A DNA stretch of 52,888 nucleotides. Source: Gemmatimonadaceae bacterium (GTDB taxonomy: Bacteria > Gemmatimonadota > Gemmatimonadetes > Gemmatimonadales > Gemmatimonadaceae). Shown one piece after another: positions 36,043 through 45,609 of the stretch. The translations under genes and the position numbers were made by a program. The stretch is taken from contig DASWGU010000093.1 of the NCBI GenBank assembly GCA_036393555.1, forward strand, positions 1 to 52,888, read 5' to 3'. The notes below the pieces were generated by a model. The model saw nothing but the letters and a program-made list of their open reading frames with translations, was not told the origin of the DNA and ran no database searches. Each line of letters starts with the position of its first letter. Within the stretch, counting starts at the first letter, position 1.

Positions 36043-37538
36043 GTCACCTTCTCCCCCGGGGGCAGGACCGGAATCATGGTGTCCGGCTGGGCGCCGTTGG
36101 TCGGGGACCGGGTGCGGCCCGATGCATCACCGTTTCCACCCTCGCCCAGAAATCGCCCCATCAGCTGCCGGCCCGCCTTCACGGCCGCCGCCGCCGCATA
36201 CCCGAGTGCAGCCCCGACCACCGTCGGCAGGTCGACGGGCGGCAGCTCTCCGCCTCGACCCAGCGACTCCATGATCTCGCGCCGCATGCGGATGGCGATC
36301 GGGCTGGCGAACGTGATGGCGTTGAATCGCTCGTCGTACCGCACCCCGAGCCCCTCGATCAGCGCCGCCGTGCGTGCGAAATACACCATCTCGCTTGGCA
36401 GGCGCACGGGCCAGTCATAGAGAGCGGCCATCACCTCGTCGGTCACCAGCTCGACCCGTTCGCGCATCGGCATCTCGACGTAGGCCAGGGTGAGGAGCCG
36501 GTCCGCCAGTCCGCGCACTTGCGCGGGGTCCGCCCCGGCATCGATCATGCCCAGCGACTCGAAACCCGCCACCAGTCCACTGGTATCGCGACGGATCGCC
36601 GCGAACACCGTGGTCACCAGGCGCGAGCGCAGCTCCCGCGACACCGGAATCACCATGCCGAAATCCAGCACGACGATCCGGCCGTCCGGCGTCACCAGCA
36701 CGTTGCCGGGGTGTGGATCGGCATGGAAGAAACCGTCCACCAGCATCATCCGGAGGTAGACTTCGAGTACCGCGGTCACGACCCCTCGCGGATCCGTCGC
36801 CCGGTCACCGGGGTGACTCGTCAGGCGGTCGACGCGCGTCCCCTCGACGTACTCCAGCGCCAGGACCCTGGGACGCACCAGCCCGTCGATCACGCGGGGA
36901 ATCACCACGCGGGGGTTCCCCCGGAAATTCCGATGGATCGTCCGGGCGTTCTCCGCCTCATGCACGAAATCCATTTCCTCCCGAACCCGGACCGCGAATT
37001 CCTCGATCACAACCCGCGTATTGCGCACGTGGGGATTCGGCACCCACCGCTCCAGCCAGCGCATCACGGGCTTCGCCAGCGCCATGTCCTTCCGGACCAG
37101 GTCCTCGACGCCTGGGCGAAGCACCTTCACTACGATGTCCTCGCCCCGGTACTGCGCGCGATGCACCTGACCGAGGGAGGCAGCCGCCAGTGGCTCACGA
37201 TCGAATCGCTCGAACATCTCCCGAACCGGCCGCCCGTAGGCTCGCTCGATCTCATGTTCGATCAGCACCGTCGGCACCGCTGGCACCTGATCGGTGAGCG
37301 TGGACAACGCCCCGACGTAGGGATGCGGTATCAGGTCGGCCCGCGCCGAGAAGACCTGGGCCAACTTGACGAACGAGGGCCCCAGCGCTGCGATGGACGA
37401 CACCAGCCGTTCGGCCCGCGCCTGGTGGAATCCGGGAGAGCGAACCAGTGGGGATCCGAACAGAAGCCACCGATGCCGGTCCCTCAGGAACGACAGCACC
37501 AGGGGAGCGAGGTATCGGAAGATGATGAGGGCGCGCAT
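36039..37538 (-). CDS. ABC1/UbiB-family atypical kinase
   Basis: LGPSFVKLAQVFSARADLIP...PLAAASLGQVHRA...VVKVLRPG...DFVHEAENA...HADPHPGNVLV...LDFGM. C-terminal TM region. Confidence 0.85.
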   Translation of the reverse strand: MRALIIFRYLAPLVLSFLRDRHRWLLFGSPLVRSPGFHQARAERLVSSIAALGPSFVKLAQVFSARADLIPHPYVGALSTLTDQVPAVPTVLIEHEIERAYGRPVREMFERFDREPLAAASLGQVHRAQYRGEDIVVKVLRPGVEDLVRKDMALAKPVMRWLERWVPNPHVRNTRVVIEEFAVRVREEMDFVHEAENARTIHRNFRGNPRVVIPRVIDGLVRPRVLALEYVEGTRVDRLTSHPGDRATDPRGVVTAVLEVYLRMMLVDGFFHADPHPGNVLVTPDGRIVVLDFGMVIPVSRELRSRLVTTVFAAIRRDTSGLVAGFESLGMIDAGADPAQVRGLADRLLTLAYVEMPMRERVELVTDEVMAALYDWPVRLPSEMVYFARTAALIEGLGVRYDERFNAITFASPIAIRMRREIMESLGRGGELPPVDLPTVVGAALGYAAAAAVKAGRQLMGRFLGEGGNGDASGRTRSPTNGAQPDTMIPVLPPGEKVT

Positions 37539-37583
37539 TCGACTCAGGCCCGGCCAGCCGGCGCCGAGCGCCGGCGGCAGCCA

Positions 37584-38033
37584 TCAGAAGGATGGCAGCA
37601 GTGGCCGCGCCCAGGGGATGAAGCCGCCCACCGCCGCGAGGGCGATCCCCAGCCAGATGGATGCCCGCTGGAAACGCTCGGCATCAGTGGCGGCGCGCTT
37701 CACCCGGGCCGCGCCGACGTGCGCGGCCACGATCGCGCCGACCATGATCGCCACGTGTTCCACCAGGAAGTACCGCACCGCCGGGTCCCGCATCGCGGCC
37801 CCGAAATCCCCGAACGCGCCACGGGTCAGCGGACTGAAGAAGGCATAAAGCATCACCCCGAGCAGCACTTGCAGATCGAGGGCCCCAACGAAGAGGCGGG
37901 ACGCCATGGCTTCCCGGCCCGTCCAGCCACCTCGCGCGAGCCAGCCGCGCCAGGCCAGGGCGACCGCCCAGACACCAGCCAGTAACACCAGCCAGCGCAC
38001 GAGGTTGTGGACCCCCAGTACCACAGGATACAT
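37584..38033 (-). CDS. Hypothetical 4-helix membrane protein
   Basis: 149 aa, ATG 38033, four hydrophobic helices. No family recognised. Confidence 0.55.
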   Translation of the reverse strand: MYPVVLGVHNLVRWLVLLAGVWAVALAWRGWLARGGWTGREAMASRLFVGALDLQVLLGVMLYAFFSPLTRGAFGDFGAAMRDPAVRYFLVEHVAIMVGAIVAAHVGAARVKRAATDAERFQRASIWLGIALAAVGGFIPWARPLLPSF

Positions 38034-38185
38034 GAATATGTGACGGGCCGAAGTCTGCCGGTGGGGGCCAGCGGCCGCGGCTGGCGGCGTGACCCGGTTC
38101 GTCCTGATAATCTACCGTAGCACAGCCGTTCAGCGTGATCTTGTTTTCATTCCCTCCCATTCATCCACCGTACACTTTCTTCAGC

Positions 38186-39868
38186 ATGCGACCCCTGCTC
38201 CGTGCCGCCTCGATCGGGCTCAGCCTGGCTGCCTGTGCCGGCGAGCAGTTCGATCGGACCGCCCTCGATCCCGCACTCGGCAGCATCACCGGCGACGGTA
38301 TTCTCACCCACATTCAGCGCCTCGCATCGGACGGCTTCGAAGGACGTGCGCCGGGCACGGCCGGAGAGGACAGCACCGTCGCCTACCTGACCGGGCAATT
38401 CAAGGCGTTAGGCCTGGGGCCGGGCAGCCCCGACGGCAGCTACGTGCAGAACGTGGAACTGATCGGCTACACCGGTACCGCGACGGCCGCCGTCCGGTTC
38501 GGGTCGCAGAATATCCCGATGCGGCCCCTCCAGGATTTCGTCGCCGTCTCGCGCCACGAGGATCCGGAAGTGAACGTGGCTGACACGGAGATGATTTTCG
38601 TAGGCTATGGCGTGGTGGCGCCCGAGTACGATTGGGATGACTACAAGGGCGTCGACGTGCGTGGCAAGACGGTGCTCATCCTGGTCGGCGATCCACCGGT
38701 TCGCGATCGCGCGGACACGACCCAGCTCGACACCGCGATGTTCCGGGGCAAGGCCATGACCTACTACGGTCGCTGGACCTACAAGTACGAGAAGGCCAGC
38801 GAGATGGGCGCCGCGGCGGCCATCATCATCCACCAGACCGGGCCCGCCGGCTACCCGTGGGAAGTGGTCTCCGGCAGCTGGGGCGGCGAGAACTTCGATA
38901 TCCCGTCCCCCGACGGCGCGCGTCGGGTCCGGGTCGAAGGCTGGATCACGGAAACCAGGGCGCGCGAGCTGATGCTGGCGTCCGGACGAGCGTTCGATGG
39001 CGTAGTTCGTCACGCGGCCAACCGCGAGTTCATGCCTCTGCCAATCCTGAATGGCCTGGCGAGCTGGAAGGTGCGCAACACGGTCCGGCGAGTGCAGTCG
39101 CGCAACGTCATCGCAAAGCTCGAGGGATCCCACCCCGCCCTGCGCGACGAATACGTCGTCTACTCGGCCCACTGGGATCACTTCGGACGCAACCCGTCGC
39201 TGGAGGGCGATCAGATACTCAATGGCGCGCTGGACAACGCGTCGGGCACCGCGCAGATGCTGGAGATCGCGCGCGCCTTCACCCAGCTCGAGGAGCCGCC
39301 GGCGCGCTCCGTACTGTTCCTGGCGGTGACCGCAGAGGAGTTCGGACTGCTGGGCGCCAAGTTCTACGCAACGCACCCGCTCTATCCGCTGGACAGGACG
39401 CTGGCGAACATCAACATCGACGGCGTGAATCAGTGGGGACGGACGTCGGACATCGTCGTCATCGGCCTCGGGAATTCCACGCTCGACGACGTGCTCGATA
39501 CCGTCGCGACCACGGCCGGCCGCACGCTCGCACCCGACCCCGAGTCCGAGAAGGGCTTCTTTTACCGGTCCGACCACTTCGAGTTTGCCAAGGAGGGCGT
39601 GCCGGCGTTGTATGCCGACGCCGGCGTCAACTACCTGGACAAACCGGCCGGGTATGGCCTGGCCAGGCGCGATGAATACACCGCGAACGACTATCACAAG
39701 CCGAGCGATGAGATCAAACCCGATTGGGACCTGGCGGGAGCTGCCGAGGACGGTCGGGTGCTGTTCGAGGTGGGATATCGCGTCGCGCAGTCGCGGACAT
39801 GGCCGGAGTGGAAGCCGGGCACCGAGTTCAAGGCGAAGCGCGAGGCCATGCTGAGGAAGGCGCCCTGA
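38186..39868 (+). CDS. M28-family peptidase lipoprotein with PA domain
   Basis: ATG 38186, [17 protein letters not shown] lipobox. M28 core YSAHWDHFG...[10 protein letters not shown]...[15 protein letters not shown]...[14 protein letters not shown]. Confidence 0.85.
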   Translation: MRPLLRAASIGLSLAACAGEQFDRTALDPALGSITGDGILTHIQRLASDGFEGRAPGTAGEDSTVAYLTGQFKALGLGPGSPDGSYVQNVELIGYTGTATAAVRFGSQNIPMRPLQDFVAVSRHEDPEVNVADTEMIFVGYGVVAPEYDWDDYKGVDVRGKTVLILVGDPPVRDRADTTQLDTAMFRGKAMTYYGRWTYKYEKASEMGAAAAIIIHQTGPAGYPWEVVSGSWGGENFDIPSPDGARRVRVEGWITETRARELMLASGRAFDGVVRHAANREFMPLPILNGLASWKVRNTVRRVQSRNVIAKLEGSHPALRDEYVVYSAHWDHFGRNPSLEGDQILNGALDNASGTAQMLEIARAFTQLEEPPARSVLFLAVTAEEFGLLGAKFYATHPLYPLDRTLANINIDGVNQWGRTSDIVVIGLGNSTLDDVLDTVATTAGRTLAPDPESEKGFFYRSDHFEFAKEGVPALYADAGVNYLDKPAGYGLARRDEYTANDYHKPSDEIKPDWDLAGAAEDGRVLFEVGYRVAQSRTWPEWKPGTEFKAKREAMLRKAP

Positions 39869-39932
39869 GCGCGCAATGCCGTGCTGAGGAACGCGCCGCG
39901 TGTTACCTCTGACCTCCGACATCTCAGCGCCA

Positions 39933-40817
39933 TCATTCAGCTTCATCCAACCGTCTCGGCCAGTCCGCTTTCAACAACCGTGACAGCGCGCGGTCGGCAA
40001 GCAGTCGGCCGCCTGTCTGGCAGCGGGCGCAGTAATTGGTCTCGTTGTCGGCGTAGCGGATCCGCTGTATCGGTGCGCCGCAGACGGGGCAGGGCTGGCG
40101 GAATCGCCCGTGGACAGCCATGCCCTTTCGAAAGGCCGTCACCTTCTCGGGAAACCCGGCGCCGGCCTCCGCCCGCAGGCGTTCGATCCAATCGCCCAGC
40201 GTCTCGCGGACCGCGAGGTGAAGGTGCGACACGTCCTCGTCCGTCATGCGTGACGTCAGCAGCAGCGGCGACAGACGTGCGCGGTGCAGGATCTCGTCCG
40301 AATAGGCGTTCCCGATTCCGCTGAACAGCCTCGGGTCTGTCAGCGAGCGCTTCACGGTGTGGTTCTCGCTTCTGAGCCGCGCTGCGAATGCCTCGATCGT
40401 CGAGTCCATGACCTCCATTCCGCCACGGTGGAACGACGCCAGGTTAGGCCGGCCGGCAACCAGGTGCACTGACGCGCGACGCTTCTTGCCCGCTTCGGTG
40501 AGGATCAGCACGCCTGCCGGGAATTCGAACCTGGCCAGCGCCGATGGCCTGCCAACCTTCCCGCCAGGCGGTCGCCACCGCAGCCGCCCCGCGATCATCA
40601 GGTGGATGACGAGAAACAGCTCGCCCTCGGCTTCCACCACGATGCGCTTCCCGATGCGCGACACCCCGATGACGCGCCTGCCCACGAGCTGCTGGATGGG
40701 TGGCTGCACTGTCCGCAGGACGAATGGATTCGCCACCTCGACGCCGGTGCATGGTTGACCCACGATCCGTCGTTCCAGCGCTTCGAGATAGATCGTGATG
40801 TCGGGGAGCTCGGGCAT
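39933..40817 (-). CDS. Fpg/Nei-family DNA glycosylase/AP lyase
   Basis: The N-terminus MPELPDI carries the catalytic Pro2/Glu3. H2TH region [17 protein letters not shown]-terminal zinc finger [25 protein letters not shown]. Confidence 0.9.
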   Translation of the reverse strand: MPELPDITIYLEALERRIVGQPCTGVEVANPFVLRTVQPPIQQLVGRRVIGVSRIGKRIVVEAEGELFLVIHLMIAGRLRWRPPGGKVGRPSALARFEFPAGVLILTEAGKKRRASVHLVAGRPNLASFHRGGMEVMDSTIEAFAARLRSENHTVKRSLTDPRLFSGIGNAYSDEILHRARLSPLLLTSRMTDEDVSHLHLAVRETLGDWIERLRAEAGAGFPEKVTAFRKGMAVHGRFRQPCPVCGAPIQRIRYADNETNYCARCQTGGRLLADRALSRLLKADWPRRLDEAE

Positions 40818-40984
40818 GGTGTCCGCCGGACCGGCGGCAGGATCGCTTCCGGCAGAGTGTACTCGTTGGCCGTGGCTGATGGAGGAACCACGGCGAATTG
40901 GAGAATCGTATCACTTCCCGTCGGTCGGGGAATCGTGGTGCCGCCCGGCTCCCGTCCGCCGCTGGCCGGCGCGAACTTCCTGTC

Positions 40985-43531
40985 GTGACCTCACCCCCTG
41001 TGGCCGAATCCTCCGGCCTTCCGATCGATGCGATCATACCTCGCGTCCGAATCGCCTTGCGCGACCGGCGTGCGGCGATCGTTCTCGCACCGCCGGGAGC
41101 GGGCAAGACAACCGTGGTCCCGCTGGCACTGCGGCAGGAACCGTGGCTCGGCGGCCACCGTATCGTCATGCTGGAGCCGCGTCGTCTCGCCGCGCGCGCG
41201 GCCGCGCGCCGCATGGCCCACCTTCTGTCCGAGCCGGTCGGTCACACGGTGGGGTACCGCACGAGACTCGACACCCGGGTGAGTGCCGCCACACAAATCG
41301 AAGTGGTGACCGAGGGAATCCTCACCCGCATCGTACAGCGCGACCCGACCCTGGACGACTACGCTCTCGTCATCTTCGACGAGTTTCACGAGCGAAACCT
41401 GATCGCGGACGTCGGCCTGGCGCTGGCGCTCCACACCCGACGGCTGCTGCGCCCCGACCTGCGCATTCTCGTCATGTCGGCCACGCTCGAGGGGACGGCG
41501 GTCGCCCGACTGCTGGACGATGCACCCATCATCGCGTCGGAAGGCCGCCAGTATCCAGTGGAGACCAGATACCAGCCGCTGGCGGGTACCTCGCGAGGGC
41601 GAGCGGACCACGCGCGACTCACCAGGGCGGTTTCCACCACGATCCTCGAAGCACTCGAAGATGCGCCCGGCGACCTGTTGGCGTTTCTTCCGGGGACGGC
41701 GGAGATTCACCGCACACTGCAGCATCTGGACAGCGCGATCGTGCCGGCAAACACCGACGTCCTCCCACTGCACGGCATGCTGCGCGCCGAAGACCAGGAT
41801 CGGGCCATCGAGCCATCACGGCCGGGACGACGCAAGGTCGTGCTGGCCACATCCGTGGCCGAAACCAGCTTGACGATCGATGGCGTCCGCATCGTCGTGG
41901 ATTCGGGGCTCGCCCGGCGCCCGCGCTTCTCCCCCCGTACCGGCATGTCGCGACTGGAGACCACTCGTGTCTCGCGCGCCTCGGCCGACCAGCGCCGCGG
42001 ACGCGCCGGCCGAACGGCCCCCGGCGTCTGTTACCGCCTCTGGGACGAGACCGAGCAGGCGATGCTTCTGCCGTTCGCCCCACCCGAGATTGTTGAAGGC
42101 GACCTTGCACCGCTCATGCTCGACCTCGCCGTCGCGGGAGTGGCCGATCCGACCGACCTCGCCTGGCTAGATGTTCCGCCCGCGGCAGCGTGGAATCAGG
42201 CCCGTGAGCTGCTGGCTCAGCTTGAAGCCCTCGACGACCGTGGCTTCCCCACAGCGCATGGTCGCGAGATGGCGCAGCTTGGCATGCACCCGCGGCTGGC
42301 ACACATGGTCCTGCGTGCCATGCTCATGAAATGCGGCTCGCTGGCTTGTGACCTTGCCGCGCTGCTGGGGGAGCGGGATCCCTTCGGCCGCGCGTCGGCA
42401 ACCGGGACGGTGCTGGATCGCGGGGTCGATCTTCGCGACCGACTCGATGCCTTGCGCGGCCGCGGTGCGCACACGCCGCATGCGGATCGCCGCACTCTCG
42501 ACCGCATCCGTCAGCAGGCACGCAGCTGGCGCGAACAATTGCACCTGGCCGACTCCCCTTGCGATCATGGCGCCGCCGGACGCATTCTGGCGCTCGCTTT
42601 CCCCGATCGGGTCGCGCAGCGTCGTGCCGGACAGGCATCGCGATACGTGCTCCGCAGCGGTCCCGGTGCGCTGCTTCCCGCGACCGATCAACTCGGCGCC
42701 GAGCCGTGGCTGGTGATCGCAGAATCTGACGGCCGTGCTCCGGAGGGTCGGATCTACCTCGCGGCGCCCCTCACTGACAACGACATCCGGGACGCCTTCG
42801 CGGACCAGATGACTGACGTGGACATCGTCGAGTGGGATGAAGAAACCGGCATTCGCGCAAGATCAGAACGCCGACTCGGTGCAATTGTGCTGACGACGAC
42901 AGTGGTCCGCGCACCCCGGCCTGAGCTTGTTGCGGCCGCGCTGGGGGACGCGATTCGGCGGCGAGGGCTGGCCATTCTGCCATGGTCCGAACCCGCCGCG
43001 CGACTGCGACACCGGCTGGCGTTTCTGCACCGTCACGATTCCACCTGGCCCGACATGTCGGAAGCCGCTTTGACGGAAGCCCTGCTCGAAGCACTGCGCG
43101 CCCACCTCGCCACGGTGCAAACCGCTGAGGCACTGCGACGGGTTGATGTCGGTGGGGCACTGATGGACCTGCTCGACGGGGCGCAGCGTGCCCAACTCGA
43201 GCTACTGGCACCCATGCGTTTCGTCGCGCCGACCGGCAGCCGCATGCCCATCGATTACTCGGACCCGGATGCGCCCAGTGCCACCATCCGGCTCCAGGAG
43301 CTGTTCGGGTGTGAGACGACGCCTGCGGTGTTCGGCAATCGCGTGCCGATTACGCTTCATCTGTTGTCGCCTGCTCACCGGCCGGTGCAGGTCACGCGCG
43401 ACCTGGCTGGCTTCTGGCGAACGTCCTACTTCGACGTTCGCAAGGAAATGCGGGCACGGTACCCCAGGCACTCGTGGCCCGACGATCCCGTTGCCGCCCG
43501 GCCCACGACCCGAACTCGGCGAAAGGGGTAG
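40985..43531 (+). CDS. hrpB: ATP-dependent RNA helicase HrpB (DEAH-box)
   Basis: LAPPGAGKTT (Walker A), FDEFHER (motif II), SATL and TSVAETSLTIDGV, plus the HrpB C-terminal domain. The track start is TTG 40898. GTG 40985 gives an N-terminus of E. coli HrpB-like length. Confidence 0.9.
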   Translation: MTSPPVAESSGLPIDAIIPRVRIALRDRRAAIVLAPPGAGKTTVVPLALRQEPWLGGHRIVMLEPRRLAARAAARRMAHLLSEPVGHTVGYRTRLDTRVSAATQIEVVTEGILTRIVQRDPTLDDYALVIFDEFHERNLIADVGLALALHTRRLLRPDLRILVMSATLEGTAVARLLDDAPIIASEGRQYPVETRYQPLAGTSRGRADHARLTRAVSTTILEALEDAPGDLLAFLPGTAEIHRTLQHLDSAIVPANTDVLPLHGMLRAEDQDRAIEPSRPGRRKVVLATSVAETSLTIDGVRIVVDSGLARRPRFSPRTGMSRLETTRVSRASADQRRGRAGRTAPGVCYRLWDETEQAMLLPFAPPEIVEGDLAPLMLDLAVAGVADPTDLAWLDVPPAAAWNQARELLAQLEALDDRGFPTAHGREMAQLGMHPRLAHMVLRAMLMKCGSLACDLAALLGERDPFGRASATGTVLDRGVDLRDRLDALRGRGAHTPHADRRTLDRIRQQARSWREQLHLADSPCDHGAAGRILALAFPDRVAQRRAGQASRYVLRSGPGALLPATDQLGAEPWLVIAESDGRAPEGRIYLAAPLTDNDIRDAFADQMTDVDIVEWDEETGIRARSERRLGAIVLTTTVVRAPRPELVAAALGDAIRRRGLAILPWSEPAARLRHRLAFLHRHDSTWPDMSEAALTEALLEALRAHLATVQTAEALRRVDVGGALMDLLDGAQRAQLELLAPMRFVAPTGSRMPIDYSDPDAPSATIRLQELFGCETTPAVFGNRVPITLHLLSPAHRPVQVTRDLAGFWRTSYFDVRKEMRARYPRHSWPDDPVAARPTTRTRRKG

Positions 43532-43576
43532 CCTCCGTGGTCTGCAGCTTCGATCCCTGACCGCTGACCTCACTTG

Positions 43577-43820
43577 GTGTCCATTCTGAAACTCGGGAGG
43601 GAGGGAGAGTGACGCATAGACTCACCACTCAGGCCAGATCGCTGAGTGCTCAGAACTGGGTGCTGGAACTGGGTGACACGTGCTGGCGCTGGGTTGCCTC
43701 AGCACCAGCTCCAGGACAAGGAAGCAGGTCGAGCATCCAGCACTCACGACTCAGGATTGCCAGCTGAGTGCTCAGAACTGGGTGCTGTAACTGGTAACGC
43801 GTGCTGGCTTCTGCTGCCTG
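43577..43820. repeat. Intergenic structured repeat element, copy B, with internal duplication of a ~46-bp module
   Basis: Collinear with 23103-23309. The module gctgagtgctcagaactgggtgctg.aactgg.t.ac.cgtgctggc occurs at about 43640-43687 and again at about 43763-43808. Confidence 0.85.
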
Positions 43821-43875
43821 GGCGTGTCGTCACCCGGAATGTCCAAGGCCGCGTCTCATCGCGTCACGCACGATC

Positions 43876-43923
43876 TGACGCTGACCTCTGACCCCTGACC
43901 CCTGGCCCCTGGCCTCTGACCTT
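43876..43923. repeat. Tandem heptamer microsatellite (TGRCCYY)x6 plus a 6-mer, abutting the ABC ATPase stop codon
   Basis: tgacgc tgacctc tgacccc tgacccc tggcccc tggcctc tgacctt, then cta (= TAG stop of 43924..44673), read directly. Confidence 0.9.
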
Positions 43924-44673
43924 CTACGCTCTACCCTCGTTTCGGCGATCTTCCACCACCCACCCGTCGCGCAGCGTGATCACGCGCGAGCCCACCGCGG
44001 CGTTCTCCTCGGAGTGCGTCACCTGAATGATCGTGGTGCCGGCCAGGTTGAGCTGGCGGAAGAGATCCATGATCTCTCGCGCCTGCGAAGTGTGCAGGTT
44101 GCCAGTCGGTTCGTCGGCAAGCAGGAGTGCCGGCCGAGCGATGACGGCGCGGGCGACCCCCACCAGTTGCTGCTGCCCGCCAGAGAGCTGGCGTGGGTAC
44201 AGGTCCTTCTTCCCGACGATCTGGAACCGATCGAGAGTATCGGCCACTATGGCGGTGCGCTGGTCCCTCGGAACATTGCGATACGACAAGGGCACGTCGA
44301 GGTTCTCGGCGACCGTCAGGTCGTCCAGCAGGTGATACTGCTGGAAAACGAAGCCGATGTGCCGTCGATTCAGCGACAAACGACTCTTGTTGTCGAGCCG
44401 GTGTACGGGCTGTCCGCGGAACGTGTACTCGCCCAGCCAGGCACCGTCGAACATGCCCAGGATCGCCAGCAGCGTGGACTTGCCTGCGCCCGACGGTCCC
44501 ATGATGGTGATGAACTCGGCCGGGGCGACATCGAAGGTGATGCGCCTGAGGAGGTAAATGCGCCCGGCAGGGGAGTCGATGGCTTTTTCGAGGCTCCGGA
44601 GTGAAACGAGCGGACCGGGTTCGACCGCTTCTACTGTTTCCGCGAGCGCTGCGGCACTACGAAATGGCCACAT
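43924..44673 (-). CDS. ABC transporter ATP-binding protein (MacB/LolD-type NBD, stand-alone), paralog 2
   Basis: [37 protein letters not shown] and QVTHS. About 30-aa N-terminal extension. ATG 44673 (the track M at 44676 is TTG). The 5' region is pyrimidine-rich with no SD. Confidence 0.85.
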   Translation of the reverse strand: MWPFRSAAALAETVEAVEPGPLVSLRSLEKAIDSPAGRIYLLRRITFDVAPAEFITIMGPSGAGKSTLLAILGMFDGAWLGEYTFRGQPVHRLDNKSRLSLNRRHIGFVFQQYHLLDDLTVAENLDVPLSYRNVPRDQRTAIVADTLDRFQIVGKKDLYPRQLSGGQQQLVGVARAVIARPALLLADEPTGNLHTSQAREIMDLFRQLNLAGTTIIQVTHSEENAAVGSRVITLRDGWVVEDRRNEGRA

Positions 44674-44680
44674 CAAGAAC

Positions 44681-44800
44681 GAGGGAGGAGGGAGGGAGAC
44701 AGGAGAGACCGGCGGAATGGGGCAGTGCCGGGCCCTGAACGAAAACTGGTGCTGGAATCGGTTGCCGGGAACCCAGCACCAGCTTCCAGCACCAGCCCTG
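44681..44800. repeat. Shorter, diverged variant (copy C) of the intergenic repeat element
   Basis: It shares the polypurine block gagggaggagggagggagac, then aactggtgctggaa, ggttgcc and cagcaccagcttccagcaccagcc in the same order as copies A and B. It lacks the central and 3' parts. Confidence 0.55.
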
Positions 44801-44820
44801 ACTGACCGCGGCCAACCGGC

Positions 44821-45510
44821 TCAGTGCGTGCCGACCGGCTCGTCCACGACCTTGCCGTCGAACAGGTTGATGGGCCGCTCGGCGTGGGCTGCGTAGCGCG
44901 GATCGTGCGTCACCATGCAGATCGTCGCACCACCCTTGTGGAGTTCCTGCAGCAGGCCCATCACGGCCTCGCCGTTGACCGAGTCGAGGTTACCAGTCGG
45001 CTCGTCAGCCAGCAGGATGGCAGGGTCGCCGGCGACGGCGCGGGCAACCGCCACACGCTGCTGCTGGCCGCCAGAAAGCTGCGACGGGTAGTGCTTCATG
45101 CGATGTCCCATCTGGACGCGCTCGAGTGCGTCGCCGACGCGCTTGCGCCGTTCCGCCGAGGACATTCCCCGATACGTCAGCGGCAACTCGACGTTCTCAT
45201 AGACCGTCAGGTCGCCGATCAGATTGAATGCCTGGAAGATGAACCCGATCTGCCGGTTGCGGATCCGGGCACGGTCAGCCGCGGAGAGGTTCGATACCAG
45301 CTCGCCACTCAACGTGTAGGTGCCGTCGGTTGGCGTGTCGAGGAGGCCCAGGATGGAAAGGAGGGTCGTCTTGCCGCACCCGGACGGGCCGGAAATGGCG
45401 ATGTACTCCCCCGGACGGATCTCCAGGTGCACGTCGGCGAGGGCGTGTGTCTCGACCTCGTCCGTGTAAAAGACCTTCTTGATCCCTTCCATCCGAATAA
45501 GGGGTTCCAT
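44821..45510 (-). CDS. ABC transporter ATP-binding protein (MacB/LolD-type NBD, stand-alone), paralog 1
   Basis: [37 protein letters not shown] and MVTHD. ATG 45510. Confidence 0.9.
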   Translation of the reverse strand: MEPLIRMEGIKKVFYTDEVETHALADVHLEIRPGEYIAISGPSGCGKTTLLSILGLLDTPTDGTYTLSGELVSNLSAADRARIRNRQIGFIFQAFNLIGDLTVYENVELPLTYRGMSSAERRKRVGDALERVQMGHRMKHYPSQLSGGQQQRVAVARAVAGDPAILLADEPTGNLDSVNGEAVMGLLQELHKGGATICMVTHDPRYAAHAERPINLFDGKVVDEPVGTH

Positions 45511-45609
45511 AGCCGGGTTAGCCTCCCTGGGTGATTGCGAAGCAGAGTTCCGGGCGAGCGGTCAGAATGCGGCAACCCCTCTGATCTCTCACCTTCGGCC
45601 CTGACCTCT

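Noticed and set aside
35712-37985. The longest ORF in the track (757 aa, plus strand).
   Set aside because: It runs antisense to, or out of frame with, three well-supported genes: mtgA, the ABC1 kinase and a membrane protein. Its translation is Arg/Pro/Gly/His-rich with no motifs. This is a typical high-GC shadow ORF.
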